A stretch of 64,000 bases of DNA, taken from NCBI RefSeq assembly GCF_009914755.1, contig NC_060932.1. One strand, 5' to 3'. This DNA is from the human T2T-CHM13v2.0 reference genome, Homo sapiens. Within the stretch, counting starts at the first letter, position 1. The number at the start of each line of letters is the position of its first letter. The notes beneath the pieces are model-generated. The model saw only the letters and a program-made list of their open reading frames with translations, did not search any database and had not been told where the DNA came from. This document shows positions 12,674 through 32,605 of the stretch, in pieces. A program made the translations under genes and the position numbers.

Positions 12674-14568
12674 AAGCTGGACCTACTTTGAGGTCCTGAT
12701 ATTTTACTTCCATGGGGATATTAGAGCAGTCTGGCTTTCAGACCAACTACCCATCCTGCTCACCACCATTTCTTACTATTTTGTCTTTATAACAATCGCT
12801 TGTTTTTCCCTGGCCTATGTGCTGAGTAACTGCATAGCATATGGTTTTATAGGCCAGCAACCAACCCATTTCACAGGAAAAAGCTTAATCTTGCTGGTAG
12901 CAAAGTCATTTAATTGCCACAATGTTATAGGATTCTTTAAGGGCTGTGTTGAGCTCTTAACAGCATTTTTCAGGCACTTACAAAGCAAAACTTCTTTGGC
13001 CATTTCCCAAGACACTTCAGGAGCCCCAGGATAAAACATATGATGCTTTTTAAAAAGCACATCTAGAGGCAGCCCCTCCTATGCCACCATCACAGCTGTT
13101 TCGTGGCTTTCCCTTTAAAGCCTGGGGGGCTATTAACTTTCCCAGTGAGGTGATGCTCGCAGGCTAAATTGCTCACCTCATCACTGCCAGGCAGTATTGG
13201 GCATTGCCATCCTCATTATTTACCAGCTTCTTGATCTGGGCTGGTGTATCCTGCAGCTTCATTACCTTAAGCCTATTGCGCATTTGCAGTGTCTGCTCTC
13301 CTTTTTCTGAGCTTTCTTGTAATTAGCTTAACCACATCTGCTGTTGCCAACGAGAATATGTCTGTGAAAACAGAATGGTGATATATTTGCATTTTGCAGA
13401 TTTTGATGCACAGTTAGGCTTTTTCTAGCACACGGAGCATGTGGACTAATATGTCAGTCAACCGGTAAACATCTATCAAGAACTCACTGTACATGGAGGG
13501 GCTTGGAGAATGAAGTAAATAAAGACTTCCTATTGGCCAAGTCCCTGTAAATTGTTCAGGCAGACAAACAGCCCCAGTAAGGAGAACCACCTGCTCCAAA
13601 GCAATGTTTAATAGAACATATGATTCCCAAGGAGCTTGATGGGTCATCTGGCCCAATATCTGAGGCTCAGAGATGGAAATTTACTTGTGCAGGGTCACAC
13701 AGCAGAGCCTTATTTCTGGACTCAGTCCTCTATTTCTGCACAAAATCTGCATAAAGGACATGTTGCATTCAAAAGGCATTGAATGGTAGAAGCAGCTGGG
13801 ACAGGGTCAGAAAAAGCTTCTTTTATTTTTTGTTTTCTTTGGGGAAACCTTCTTGAAAGATGTATGTGTCGAACCAGGTTTTGAGGGCAGTGTGGGATGG
13901 CCTACACGGTGAAAAAGACCCTTTTCTCAGTAGAACTCTGTAAGTCCTTTGTGTGAAATTTCAGCAAAGCTGAAATTGTCCTGAAGTTTCATTAACCCCA
14001 AGTGCACAAGAAGAGACAAGTTTTCATCTGCCTTCAAAACATTTCATTTTCTGCTTCACTGATTAGGATGCAGTCTCTGTTGGATTAAATGTACATCCTT
14101 TTATTGTAGTAGTAGTATTAGTATTAGTAGCAGTAGTAGTGCATAATGGCTTTTCTGGAGATCTTGACAAGTCCGAAGGGAGTGGGGATCATTAAGACTC
14201 AAATGTTTGGAAACTGATAGAAGCTCCTTCTCCACTACCCTGCTGTGGTTCTTGTGTAATTTTATTAAGTTGTAAAGACCATCTTCCGTATTTGTTTTTC
14301 TCTCTCCCCTCTATACTGTGAGCTCTGTGTTATTAGCCTTGTGGTACATCTTAAGTGCTCGCTAAATGTTGGTTACCCTTGTAAATGACTGCATTTATCA
14401 ATTAATAAATAATTAAATATGGTAAAATGCATGGTCCTTGTATTTTAAGCTGGAAACATTACTTTTGTTGGCAAAACAGTGAACATCTTACTGATGAGGT
14501 GGTTGTGTGGCACTGTTGCCTTCCCTGTGTCTCTCCAGCATCTAACTCATACTTGCCTTGTGCGGTAG

Positions 14569-15149
<581 letters not shown>

Positions 15150-15323
15150 TGAGATGTTTTAGGGTTTCAGATGTCCACTAGCTGCGAGAAAGAATTAATT
15201 TAGTGAAAAGCCAGAATTTCAGAATGAGATAAAATAGACTTTTGTTGTTGTTGTTTTGTTTTGAAACGTTTCCAGTGTGGATCATACAGCAATCAAAGCA
15301 GGTTGACAAACTTTTTCCTATAA

Positions 15324-15506
15324 CAGTGGTTCCCAAAGTGTGGTCCCCAATTCATCAGCATCAGCATCACCTGAGAACTTGTTAGAAATGCTCATTCTCA
15401 GGCCCGGCTGTTCTGAGTTAGAAACTATTGCAGGGAAGGCCAGATGTTTCTGGTTTAACGAGGTTTCCAGGTAATTCTGATATATGATAAAATTTGAGAA
15501 CCACTG
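15324..15506. mobile_element. MER5A (hAT-Charlie MITE)
   Basis: TIRs cagtggttcccaaa...tttgagaaccactg; cagcatcacctgagaacttgttagaaatgc core. Confidence 0.88.
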
Positions 15507-16024
15507 GCCTAGAAAATACTGTAATAAGATTTATTTTAATGGCTACGTTTTTAAAAAAGTATTTGTACTTAGAATGTCAGGAGTTTACATGTGAATTTAT
15601 GCTTCTGAAGTGATTTTTTTTGACATCTGTGCTTTTATTTATTTCAATATTTCAGCATACTTTTTTGTGCTTTGATTTGAAACTAATTGCAAAGAAAAAA
15701 TTGCTTTGCGCAACCCAGCCTGCTCCACTGGACATATATCCCCAGTTAGCAAAGCCTACAATGGAAGAATGTGCATGGTGTTTGCAAACCTTTTGTATCA
15801 GGCTGCATTGAGTCTCGGGGGCCACCAGGGAAAACAGGTGGCTGGGGCACTGTCCCTTCACTCTCAGCTCTGTATTAAATGGCTCGACTTTCATCTCTTT
15901 TATATAATGGGCCTGGATAAGCTGTCTTTGGAGATGAGAGTTCTGTTGGCAGATAATGAGAAAATAAAGAGGTCTGAAAATGACTGTCAGAGAGAGTGCA
16001 GAGGTGAGAGGTTTTGTAATTTAA

Positions 16025-16597
<573 letters not shown>

Positions 16598-16899
16598 TGA
16601 CTCACATTGGGTCAGTAACTCTAACATGCCTTCCTTGAATATGACTTAAGCTCCTTCCTGCCTCCATGCTGACATTTTACTTGGCTCTGTGCTTGATGTT
16701 GTTTTAGTTTGTTCAATTTTGGATCTCAGGTGCACAAAGTTGAGTTCATTGCACGTCTCAGTTCCATGCTCTACAATCATCACTGGTCTATTCAAAGATT
16801 CTCTCATTCTATCCACTGTCCTCCTTATTCCTTATCTCTAATCCCAGTGCCCTCCCCACTGCAGGCCTTACGCCAGCATCCTTGTCAAATTTAAGTCGA

Positions 16900-18000
16900 T
16901 TTAATCTACCTAAATAATATGATGCTATAATTTTCATTTGTTTTCCTATTCTTTTCACTCAATTCTCTGTTTTAAGCTCTATCCATATTGCTGTGTGTAC
17001 ATTAGCCTGTTACTATTACTCGCTGCATCTACAATTTACTTTTCCTTTCCTCTCATATTAGACCCATTGACTACCTCAACTCCCCTTTCCATGATCAGTG
17101 CTGCAATGAATATCCCTGTGTGTGTTCCCTGAGGGAAGACGCTATGTGGGAATTTCTCTGGAATGTACACCCAGGGGTGAGATGACTAGGTCCCAGTAAA
17201 TACGCACATGTATTTTCATTAATTAGCGCCAGGGGCCACTCCAGAGAGCTGCACTGATCTACACCAGTCTACATCAGTCTATACTGCCAGTTCTGCATTT
17301 GGAACCCCATTTTTCTCCTCTTCAGCAGCACCTGCTATTATCCAACTTTCTAGATTTTTGTTTTGCTTTGGTTTGGTTTTAGTTTTTTGCTACCCTGTGG
17401 ACACAAATTAGTATCTAATTTTTATTTTAACTTGTATTTCTCTGCTTGCTACTGTTTGCACACCCTTCATACCCTTGCTGCCATATTAATCTTCCTTCTG
17501 TGATGCCAGTTCATGTCCTTTGCCCATATTTTATGTGCTTTAATTTTCTTTTTGATTCACAAATTCTTTGTATTTTCTAGATGTTAAAATCCTGTAGATT
17601 GTAGATATTGTTCATATCTTTTCCTAGTATGATAACTACTAACCTTGTCTATAATTCCTATCTATGAGCAGAAATCCTTAATTGAGATATACTCAGACCC
17701 CTCCATGTTTTAAACTTTATAGTTTATATTTTTAGTCTTGTTTAAGGAACGCTTTCTCACCCCTTGGTCACAAAGATATTATCTTATATTCTGCTAGCTT
17801 TATAGTTTTAGCTTTCTCATTTAGATCTTTAATCATCTGCATTTATATATGATTTTAAGTGGAGATTCAGCTGCATTTTTCTCCACATAGAGCACCGTTT
17901 TCCCCCAAAGGGTCTACTAACCTATCATTCGTTTTCCCAATGATTTGTACTGCCATCTTTCTCATAAACCAAGTTGTCATACATCCCCTGTCCATTTCTG
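16900..18000 (-). mobile_element. Ancient L1 (L1MC/ME) 3' region fragment
   Basis: T-rich antisense L1 phrases (gctgcaatgaatatcc, gtcctttgcccat, tttagatctttaatcatctg); boundaries approximate. Confidence 0.6.
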
Positions 18001-18719
18001 AGATTTCTAGTCTGTCTCACTGGTTTCTTTGTGTCTATGCCCAGTATGGAGTAGATACCCATAAGAGTTTGTTGGGTTGAATTTGCTGTTGGAAAGTCAG
18101 CAAATGGGGAGAGAGAAACTCAGGAGTCTGTGGCAGCCATGGGGGTACCGAACTGGGAAATGTTCCTGAGTGCTGACTCCTACAGCATAAAACGGAGAGA
18201 TGAGGACCATTGGCAGTGAAGGACAGCATTATAACCTTTCTATGGCATCAGAAGCCCAGTTAAGAATCTCATGAACTCTGGACATACCCCTGCTCCCTGC
18301 CAAGCACATGTACTTTTGTGCCCAGAGTTCTGCCTACAGTTGGCGGCTTCATGGCTCTCTGGAGCTTCAAAGCCTCCCCAGATTAACACACAGCAGGGGG
18401 ACAATCCCCCTAGACACAGAATCTGCACCCTAAACCTTGATTTTCATAATCCCAATGACCACAATTGATTAAAATTACTTTGAGGAATCAATAACAAATA
18501 CAACCATTTATTGATGACCCATTATGTGCCAGATGCCTTACATCGTGGTCTCATTTCATCCTCCTAGTGAGATGGGTATTTTTACTGTCGTTTTATACAT
18601 AAGAAAATGAGGTTCAGAAATATTAGCAACCTGACGTATTTGAATCCGAATCTGTCTGATTCCTAGTATTAGGTCCCTGAAACGACCACCCTGTGATGCA
18701 GCCCAGCTCCCTGACCTGA

Positions 18720-19409
<690 letters not shown>

Positions 19410-19500
19410 TAGTTAATCTTTCTAAATTATATATTTGAGTGAAAAATCTTGGTGTATCAATTGAATTAAAAGAGAAGGCCATTTTAAGAATGTCTTAAGG

Positions 19501-19911
<411 letters not shown>

Positions 19912-20648
19912 TCATTTCATCCATGGTCAGCGACCCTCTGTGACGCCTTACCAGGTTTGCTGCATTCCCCTAGCATTGCACCTGTGACTTTCTGTTGACT
20001 TCTCGGATTCAGTGTTCATCATTCAGTGTTCATCTCAGATTAATCATAAAATTGTGAGCCTCAGCAGAGAAGAGATAATTTTTCAACATCTCTATACCCC
20101 CGCACTCGATAGAGTGCCTGGGTCATAGTACAACTTAAGAGATGACTTGGCGAGTGAATGGAAGATGAATGCATGATGAGTGCTGCATCCATAGGCTCCA
20201 GCAGGACACCCGTCTTCTTCCATGAATGCCACCTTTCTGCCACACGTCTATCACTCCCTCTCCTGCCACCCCATCAATTATGTGATAGAAGTCATTTACT
20301 TGTACCCATTCAAATCAGAAATGACACCAAAGAATTGCCTAAATTATGTACTTAATCCTCAGAACAGTTGTGGGTATTATTGTCCCTAGTTGAGGAAACT
20401 GAGAATTACAACATTTATATTAATTGCTTAATGATTTATAACCCAGGTCAGTATGAAGCTAATGCCTTTTCTGCTATATTGCATTGCATCATGTAGTCTA
20501 GTTCTCATTTGTTGCATGCCTAGCTCCTGTACTGTATCCAGAGTAGGACTGTGTCTAATTCTCCACACATCCTTAATGTCAAAACCAGTATCTCACGTAT
20601 GCTCAATAAATGCTAAATGAATGAGTGAATGAATGAATAGATTCTTGA

Positions 20649-21005
<357 letters not shown>

Positions 21006-22155
21006 TAAGTCCTACATAACCTCCTTTTAAATGCCACTATACATAGACCCTACTCAGGTGTGGTTCTGTTAACTGCAGAAAGGTAAAAAGCCTGGAAGAA
21101 CCAGAGATACGGAATTACAAAATTCCTACTTTTTGGCTGGAGCTGGCCCTAGGACATAAGCTCTGCTGTAAATACTGGAAGGATGTTCAGTCTAGCATGG
21201 TATCTGGAGGATCTGCCCCCACAGCCAGACTCAGGGGGGTCCAGCAGGGAGAAATGGGGTCTCTGGATAGGTGGGCATCAATGACTGAGGCCTCAGGAGA
21301 TACCCTAGTCTAAGGACCCCAAGTCTTCAGCAGGATTCTAAGTTCACATGGGAAATTATCAAAGGCAGAGGTCTTGGCCTTAGGAAATGGTATTATAAGT
21401 GGGTTTACATAGCAAGAGCAGGGCCTCATGTCCATGGAATGAGACAGATCTAGTTATGAAGCTGGAGAGACAGTGGGGAGTAGGCCTGGAGAGTCCGGCA
21501 AAAGCTCGGCAACTGGATATGGTAAGATTTCCCTGAGTACAAAAGGGAAGAAAAATTACTCCGATGTTGTATTTAATTGAATGCACTTCTGCTTCTTTAG
21601 TTTGGAAAGGCTATGGTTGCATCTAGGACTATTTCTCAAATATTGATATATACCGAAAAAGCAAATGTTAGTCCCTGCCTGCAACCTCCCTCCTTTTGCT
21701 GCAATGGACACTATCACTTCCTGTGAGCACTCAGCCCTTTCCCCTTTCTCTGCTAACCTCCCCAACCTATGGTACCATCCCAAAGACCAGAAACGCCAAC
21801 AGACACAACTCATGGTGCAGATGAGGGAGATGCTCCAGGGAGGTGGAAAAATATTGGGGAGATAGTTTGCTTGCCTCGTGGCTGAGAGGGTACTGCATAT
21901 AAGGGACAAAGATGTCTATAGCTTGATCATACTTTTCTTGGAAGTGCGGATACCTCTTTTTTAGGATAGGGCATCCTATTGGGCTTAACCCCCAGATCTT
22001 TACAGTGCGGCTTCATTTTGGGGGACTGCTTACAGACTGTTTGAATACTCTTTTAAAATAGTGTCTCTGGGAATGCAGAGGGCTGAGATAATTGTTAGCA
22101 GTCAATTAATAAATCAAGTATTGTGGTGTCAATAATATTGTCTCCTTTTTCAAAG

Positions 22156-22195
22156 GCAAAGGAGAGAAATCCCAAGGGAAAAAAAGGCAATACAG
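22156..22195 (+). CDS. FER1L6: Ferlin coding mini-exon 8 (40 nt): AKERNPKGKKGNT(E)
   Basis: tctcctttttcaaag acceptor, CAG|gtaagc donor; phase 0-1 is needed to join exon 7 (phase 0) to exon 9 (phase 1). Not in the ORF track. Confidence 0.85.
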
Positions 22196-23154
22196 GTAAG
22201 CAGTTATTCTGGGGACATTTGTCCATAGAATAGGGCCATCGTTACGAGAAAATTGTAAAATGGAAGCCACGGGAGGTGTATTAGAGCTCAACTCCCTCCT
22301 TTCCCGAGTTTAGAAACAATCTCAGGAAGATGACAGCACTTTAAAATGTGGTCATGTAGCTCTTGGTGCTGGGCTGGAACCAGATCTCAGTTCTTCTGAA
22401 TTCAGCTCAGTGCTGGAATGGACCCTTTGGCTCAAGTTCCTATGTTGACAGTCTTAATGTAGAAACCGTAGAATAAAAATAGAAGCAATCTGGATGACTG
22501 GCCAAAATCAACATGATAAACTTTGTTAGAGGTGAGTTCCAAAACTCAGTCTACAGGATTGGATAGATCTTGTTTGGCAGAAAGTCAGATTTCAAATGAC
22601 CACAAACTCAATTCAAGCCAACAGTAGGTCTCAGCCTAAATACAACTGTAACGTTAAGCAGCCAATGTTGTTTCATTTGACGATGATAGAAGTGGAAAAA
22701 CTAGAGCCAGGCTCAGTTCCTCAGACCACTCCTAATTAGCACATGTAATTCTAAGACCAACCCCATGTCATAGGAAATAGTATCTTCACCTTGCAAATGA
22801 TGAAAGAGAGGTACAAGGAGGTCAAGTAATCTGTCCAACATTACACAGCTAGAAAATAACAGAGCTACAGTCCGTATCAGGTGGTTTCTCCCCTGCAGAG
22901 CCTACTGCTAAAAAATTACTGAGTAATCCCCCTAACAACTTTGCGCAAGACCCTTAGGATATTTGAGCCTCATATTGAACTAGATGTATCTCAATTCCCT
23001 TAATGGATCTGACAGAGTGTGACTCCAAAAAGCTTTGGAGTCAGTCCAAGTTCTGAGTCTGTTCTTTGCTAGTTGGGTGAATGGGCAAATTATTTATTCT
23101 CTCTGTGCCTAGTTTAATGAGTTCCTACATGTACTGTAACCCACTGGCCCATAG

Positions 23155-23624
<470 letters not shown>

Positions 23625-23738
23625 ACAAGTTACTATTTCTGAAGGGTCACAACATAGGACATGTCAGCAAAAGGAAAGAAGGAGCTTGGCTTTGTTCCTT
23701 CTCATCTCAACCGCCATGAGAAACCTAATTTCTGCTGA

Positions 23739-23945
<207 letters not shown>

Positions 23946-24801
23946 TAGTCATGCCTTTGTTTGATATTTTGTCTTCATTGTCACCGATGTAGAGAAGTAA
24001 ACTTTAATGTGCATTTAAGCCAAGACAGGAAGCTTGTTCATTTTCCATTTCCTATACCCTCATATTGAGAAGGGGTGTAACTTAAATTGTTTAATGTGGA
24101 CCTTACAAAGTAATCTACAGCATTTGAGCTCCCCTTGGCCCATCTCTAGGTGCTTGTCATCATCATGCAAATGTGTACACACTCAAGGTAACAGGAGATT
24201 TAACTCCAACTAAAGTCAGCTCCATTAGGCCAATCTTAACATTAGTTAGAGGGTATTAGCTAGAGATATATTGATGGCTATGAAAATTTGAAGGGTGAAA
24301 ATTATATATATAGATAACCAACTTGGGTAAGCAATTTATATAGGAAAGTTGAATAAGTAAATTATACTACCAAACCTAAAACTCAACTCAATTTTGCATT
24401 TCCAAAGCATATATATAATTTTCCACCTGGAAATTTCATGTCTATATGCATTACAATAAAAACAAATATTCCATCGCCTTATATGTGTTCAGAATTAGAT
24501 ATTTAATGAACATTATTGATTTGAATCTCCTCAAAGTATTATAGTCTATATCCAACAACCAATGGCATCAACTAGCTCTAAAAGGTTTGTTGTATCTATA
24601 CTTATATATTACAATTTTTTAAATTTACCTATACTTTTTGGAATTTAAAAGTTCATCAGAACATTTCATAGTAGTAGTTTCAGGAGTGCTGAGCCAATCC
24701 ACGTTCCTTATCTCACTGAAGATAAATTACCAATGGCCTCAGATTTTCCCAAGGGGCATATATCAAGGCTGGTTTTGGAGAATCTTGGCATTTCTCATTA
24801 A

Positions 24802-25137
<336 letters not shown>

Positions 25138-25774
25138 TAGCCCCAGTCTTTTAAGATATTTTTGGTTTGTGACCAGTGGATTGGAGCTCAGTCTGGTGAA
25201 AAATAAGGAGACAGAGTCATTACCTGAAAGGAACACTGAACTTTACTTTGTTCTCTCCCCTCCGGCATACCAAATGTGTGATTTATGCAAGCCTACCAGT
25301 TGGACGATTAAACTAATCAAGCAACACAAGCCCTTCATCTGGCAGACTTACAGTGTGAACATCACAAAGTAGTAGCCAGCATTCACTATAAACATACTAC
25401 AAGCTGGGCCCTTTCTATGCAGCATGCTATGTTGGAAATAGCACAGGCATTACAGTTTGCCCATCTGGATTCAAATTCTAGTTACAGTATTAACCAGCTG
25501 CATGATCTGGAACAAAGTGCTTCACTTCCCTAAGCCTCAGTTGCTGTCTGGAAATAGGAATACTGCAGTCAGGATTGAATGAGATAATGGGGAAGCACTA
25601 GCACCGCACCCCACATGTAAAAGGCACTTCGTGTCCCATCTGTTCTGTTCTTCATATAACAGTCCTGTGAGGGGGTTGTTAATGTACAATGCCAATTCAC
25701 TGGTGTACCATGAAGAAGCTCAGATGCAAGCAGGCTACATAAATTGCCCAAGGACACCCAACTGGCAAGTTTAG

Positions 25775-26041
<267 letters not shown>

Positions 26042-26049
26042 TGAGGGGG

Positions 26050-26420
26050 TGTATTTATCTGCTCAGGCTGCCATAACAAAATATATGGCAGACTGGGAGG
26101 CTTAAACAACAGAAATTTACTTTCCCACAGTTTTGAATGCCATAAGTCTATAATCAAGTTGCTACCAGGGTTGGTGTCTTGTGAGGCCTCTCTTGCTGGT
26201 TTGTGGATGGCTGCCTTCTTGCTGTGTCCTCACACAGCCTTTCCTCTGTGCACGTGTATATAGGGAGAGTGCGAGCTCTGATATCTCCTCCTTTTCCTAT
26301 AAAGACACTAGCCCTATCATATTAGAGCAGCACCACTATGACCTCATTTAACCTTAATTACCTCCCTAAAGCTGTGTCTCCAACTACAGTCACCTTAGGA
26401 GTTAGGGGTTCAACATATAG
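26050..26420 (-). mobile_element. MaLR LTR (MLT1A/B-like), 30 bp downstream of the exon 11 donor
   Basis: gctcaggctgccataacaaaa...ggcttaaacaacagaaattta...atgacctcatttaaccttaattacc. Confidence 0.8.
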
Positions 26421-28728
26421 GGGTATGAAGTTAGGCTGGCAAAACAGACATGTTATGGCTTTTCTGAGCATATAGGACTGTTCCGTCTGTGTAGTTTTAT
26501 CTGCTCCCTATGGTTGCCTACGGCAGGAGAGGGAACCAAATAGGAGGGAAGCAGGAAACTACAGGAAAGACGGGGGGAAGGACCAAGGCAGAACAGGGCA
26601 GCTGTTACTGTGAAATTCTCCTCACAGCCATGCCTCTGCACTATTGCAGTAGAAAATTTCACTTTGAGTGTATTTCCAAGAAAGATGTTAACTCCTCTAA
26701 GCTTCCCTCTTTCTGATAATGACAGCACAAAACTTTGACTATGAAACTTTTCGGCCTCATTAGCAGGAAGCTCAGGGCCAAATTTAATGCTCCATCAAAG
26801 CAACTGTATGAACCCCAATGGTTCATGGATTTGTTTTAATCTCCTGACCTTGGATGTGGTTTTTGTAATTGTATTATTTTATTATAATGCTCTTATTTTA
26901 TATCAACCGTTTGCTTCCATTGCCTACATTCTTTCAAAGGAACATAAATGTAACACAAAATAAAAATGAATTATCCTTTAATGCTAAGGGAGAAATAAAT
27001 ATTCTTCCATCATGCAGTTCTCAGGTTTCCTTCATCATCCTCTGCATCTTCCCCACAACCACCATGTGCCAGGGATGTTGTGATGAAAAGAACATAGTCT
27101 CTGCCTTCAGGGAAGTCACAGTGTAGTTGGAAAGATGAGAAGAACTTAGAGTCACTGACAATGTTGGGTAGTCAACATGAAACACCACCCTCAGGATGCC
27201 TCAGGATGCTTTAGACTAACCTTTTCAAAATTTTGTTCAGGAAGTCACTTGGGTTTTGGGAGAAACAGGCACTCCTTAGCAAACAGAACGTATGTTCAAA
27301 TAAATTTGAGAAGTAGCGTGTATTTCCTTCTCCAGGCTTTGAGACTCACAAAGCTCATTAGCACATTCAAGGCTCTGAGAATTTCAGAAGCAAACAAACC
27401 TATTTAGTAATCTTGAACAGCATTTTCTAAACTTTTGCCTCATACCTTTTTTCCCCCTGCAGAAAATCTTACAGAGCTATAGTTCTCTAAGATACAGTTT
27501 GGGGAATCCAGAAATAGTATGAACAGTAGGAAGGAGAGGGAAGAATTTCTGTGAACTACAGAGATTGGAGAAAGATCTGTCTCCTTATTCATGTATTCAT
27601 TCAGAAAATATCTACTGCACACCTTTTATGTGTTTACTATCTTCTAGGCAAAGGCCAGATAAACAGATCAGGTTTCTGTCCAGGAGGTAGCATGGGGGAC
27701 GGAGGCCTTGGGCTGGAACTTGACGACAGGAGGGACTTGAACAAACAGGGAGTCAGAAGATGGCAGTCCTAGGTAAATTCACTACAGTTATGGACAGTCA
27801 ATACTTTTCATTGATATTTCTAGTAGTTTGATTATGTGTGGTTTGCTCTCGTACTAATAATTAAATGAATTCTCAAACCTTTTAATTAAAAGAACACTAA
27901 CAAGTAAAAAAAATACTACTTAAAACTCGCATAAAGAAATAAATCAAATTTCCCCACCTCTTTTTTTCCTTAGTTTACAAGATAGGTTGGCCATTTTTTT
28001 CTAGATTAGTATGTATAGGTCTTCATTCCTTTTAGTAGCTGTATAGCATTTTCTTGAATAAATGTATTCATTTATTCAACAAATATTAAGACCCTGTTCT
28101 ATGTCCTAGAGGTAAAGTAATGAACAAGATAAACAGTGCCATTGCTCTCATGGAGATTACATACTAGTTGAGAGTGATGCGGGAATTAAGAAGATATAAA
28201 ATAAACAAAGGAACGGATAAATTAACAGGATTTGTGTCACAGATAACTGCTTTGTAAAGAATTAAAATTGGCTGATGTGACAAGAAGAAATGGGAAGGAC
28301 TGTTTTGCATTGTGTTTCTTCCCAAGTAATCAACAAATAGGTTGCTTATAATTTTTGGCTATTAAACAGTGTTCTAGTGAACATCCTTGAACATACAGCT
28401 TTATAGGCTCACCTTATTCTATCTACAGGATAGAGTCCTAAATATGGAATTGTTTCTCAGCTTTCATTGCTGCAGAGTTTCTCCATCTTTTTGATACCAT
28501 TTCTTACCATCCTCCTACTCTGGCCTTTCCTTAGAAAGTATTTGCTTTTGACAGTTTAAGGCCTAGGTTGTCTAGAATCAGACTTTACTCTCAGAAAAGA
28601 TCATCATTCAACTGGTCAGTGCTAAATGCAAGAGTCATAGGGTCATGGATTCAGAGACCATTAGTTCTGGGAAGGGCCTTCAGGTCCAGACCATGATTTT
28701 ACAGATAGATCTCAGAGAGATGACATGA

Positions 28729-30229
<1,501 letters not shown>

Positions 30230-30391
30230 TAGAACTAGAACTCAAACTCATGCCTTCTGCCTCCTGGTCCGGCATTTTTCTCATTTTTCTGTGCCAAGAG
30301 CTTCTTTCCACTGAGGAGATGACTCCAGAGAAAGTTGCACTTGGGCAAAGCCAATAATTTTTCTTTTTAGCAGCAAAATGTAGATGCTAAA

Positions 30392-30908
<517 letters not shown>

Positions 30909-32574
30909 TGAGGAATTTGGTGGTACTTGGTGATCTTCTTACCCATAGCTTTCTTTACTGTAATTTTTTTCTTTTTCTTTTTTTGTGAACTTAAGTAGAG
31001 AAATATATACTCACAGCTTTCTAATTACAATTTTCTGGATTTTAGATTTAATAGGCATCTTGCAGGGTCATTGGATTCGGCCTTGTGCTTTTGAACAGAG
31101 CAGAGATTTCCTTTTTATAAACAAGGCAGCCAAGGTCTAGGGAGGTTAAGAAACATATTCAAGTTCAGATGACACAATTGGAGAATAATGGGCCAGAAGT
31201 TTAGTCTTTTGTCTCCTACTAAAGGGATTTTTCTGTCATATTATTCTGTGGTTCATTTGAGGTGACCCCTGAGGTCAAAGAGTTGAACTTTGTCCTCAAG
31301 TTGTGCTTTGTTTTCCTGTAAAGTGTTAAAAGCTATTGCATTTGTGTAAGGGGACTAGGCATTCGCCAGCTCACAGCAATCCTGCCATGCTCACTGATCC
31401 TCCAGTATGATGTGCTAAGCATTGGTGTTCCCTGTTTGAGTTTGTGCACCTGTCTGTCATTCACTCTGGAATCAAGGTGGCCTGGGTTTCACTCTGCTAC
31501 ATACCAGCTCTACAACCTTATGCAGATGGCTTAACCTCTCTGTTCCTAGTTTTCCTGACCTGCAAAGCAGCAACAGTGACACCTGACTCTCATATTCCTT
31601 TAGATGATTAAATGTAAAGCACCTAGCACATCACATTGCCTATGCCAGCACACAACTGACACTCAGAACACATTAGCTCCCTTGCTCCCCACCTTAGTAA
31701 TTATTGTAGCAATGGATACATCTTTAGTGTGTTTAATTTCTTTTATCTTGAGTAAACAGGAACATGGCATAAAATCTCCATTGGCTCCATTTAAATTCAT
31801 TTACACATCTGTGATCACTTTGGAGCCTCTGACATTTAATCAGCACTAGCCTCTTACATTTTATTGCTCCTGAGGAAATGAGGGCAATAAATGATCTTGC
31901 CTGTCCAGATTAATGAGAATGACAGTGCTGGGGAAACACCCTTTCTTCCCTCATCCAGTGATGACCTTTATCGTCACCTGCCACTTATGTAACTAGTGCT
32001 TCAGTGTGACAACCGCTTGGCAGGCACTTTTTATGAGCTACTTTCACCACAGTGCCATGAACTAGACTTGTTTTACTATCCGTGCTATATGGCCATGGCA
32101 AACGAGAAGAGGACGATGAAGTCAGTGTTCCCTCCTGCCTCTGACATTGCAGCACCTCATCCAAAAGCTCTCCAGATGTGGATGTTTAGTTGGATATGTG
32201 TTTAATTTTTACTTAGGAACAAAAGTTTCCAGCACAATCCCACAATGTTCCAGCAGGAAGAGAAGAGGGTTCTTGTGCTTGAGCCAGGGTCTGCGGAATC
32301 CTTCCTCATAACTTCAGTGCCTCAGTATCGGTGTGAGGGTGTCACAGCCTCCAACCCCTGGTGCCCTGGTATCTTGCGTTGCTTTACCTTTCTTCGTAGC
32401 CTCTGACATGGATTAGATGTTTATGGGTTTATTGGCCATCTCCCATCTCCCCACTAGAATGTAAGAAGTATTTGAGCAGGGACTTAGTCTAGTCTGGTTA
32501 ATGCCACATCCCTAGCACCTAGGACAGGGCCTGGCACAGAGCAGGTGCTCAATATGCATTTGTGGAATGAACAG

Positions 32575-32605
32575 ATGGATGGATGGATGGATGGGTGGGT
32601 GGGTG
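32575..32605 (+). repeat. (GGAT)n/(GGGT)n microsatellite at the tail of an L2 fragment (about 32330-32575)
   Basis: Follows the L2 3' motif cctggcacagagcaggtgctcaatatgcatttgtggaatgaa. Confidence 0.8.

Noticed and set aside
13143-13186. Imperfect hairpin cagtgaggtga...tcacctcatcactg
   Set aside because: Short and bulged; within chance expectation for 64 kb
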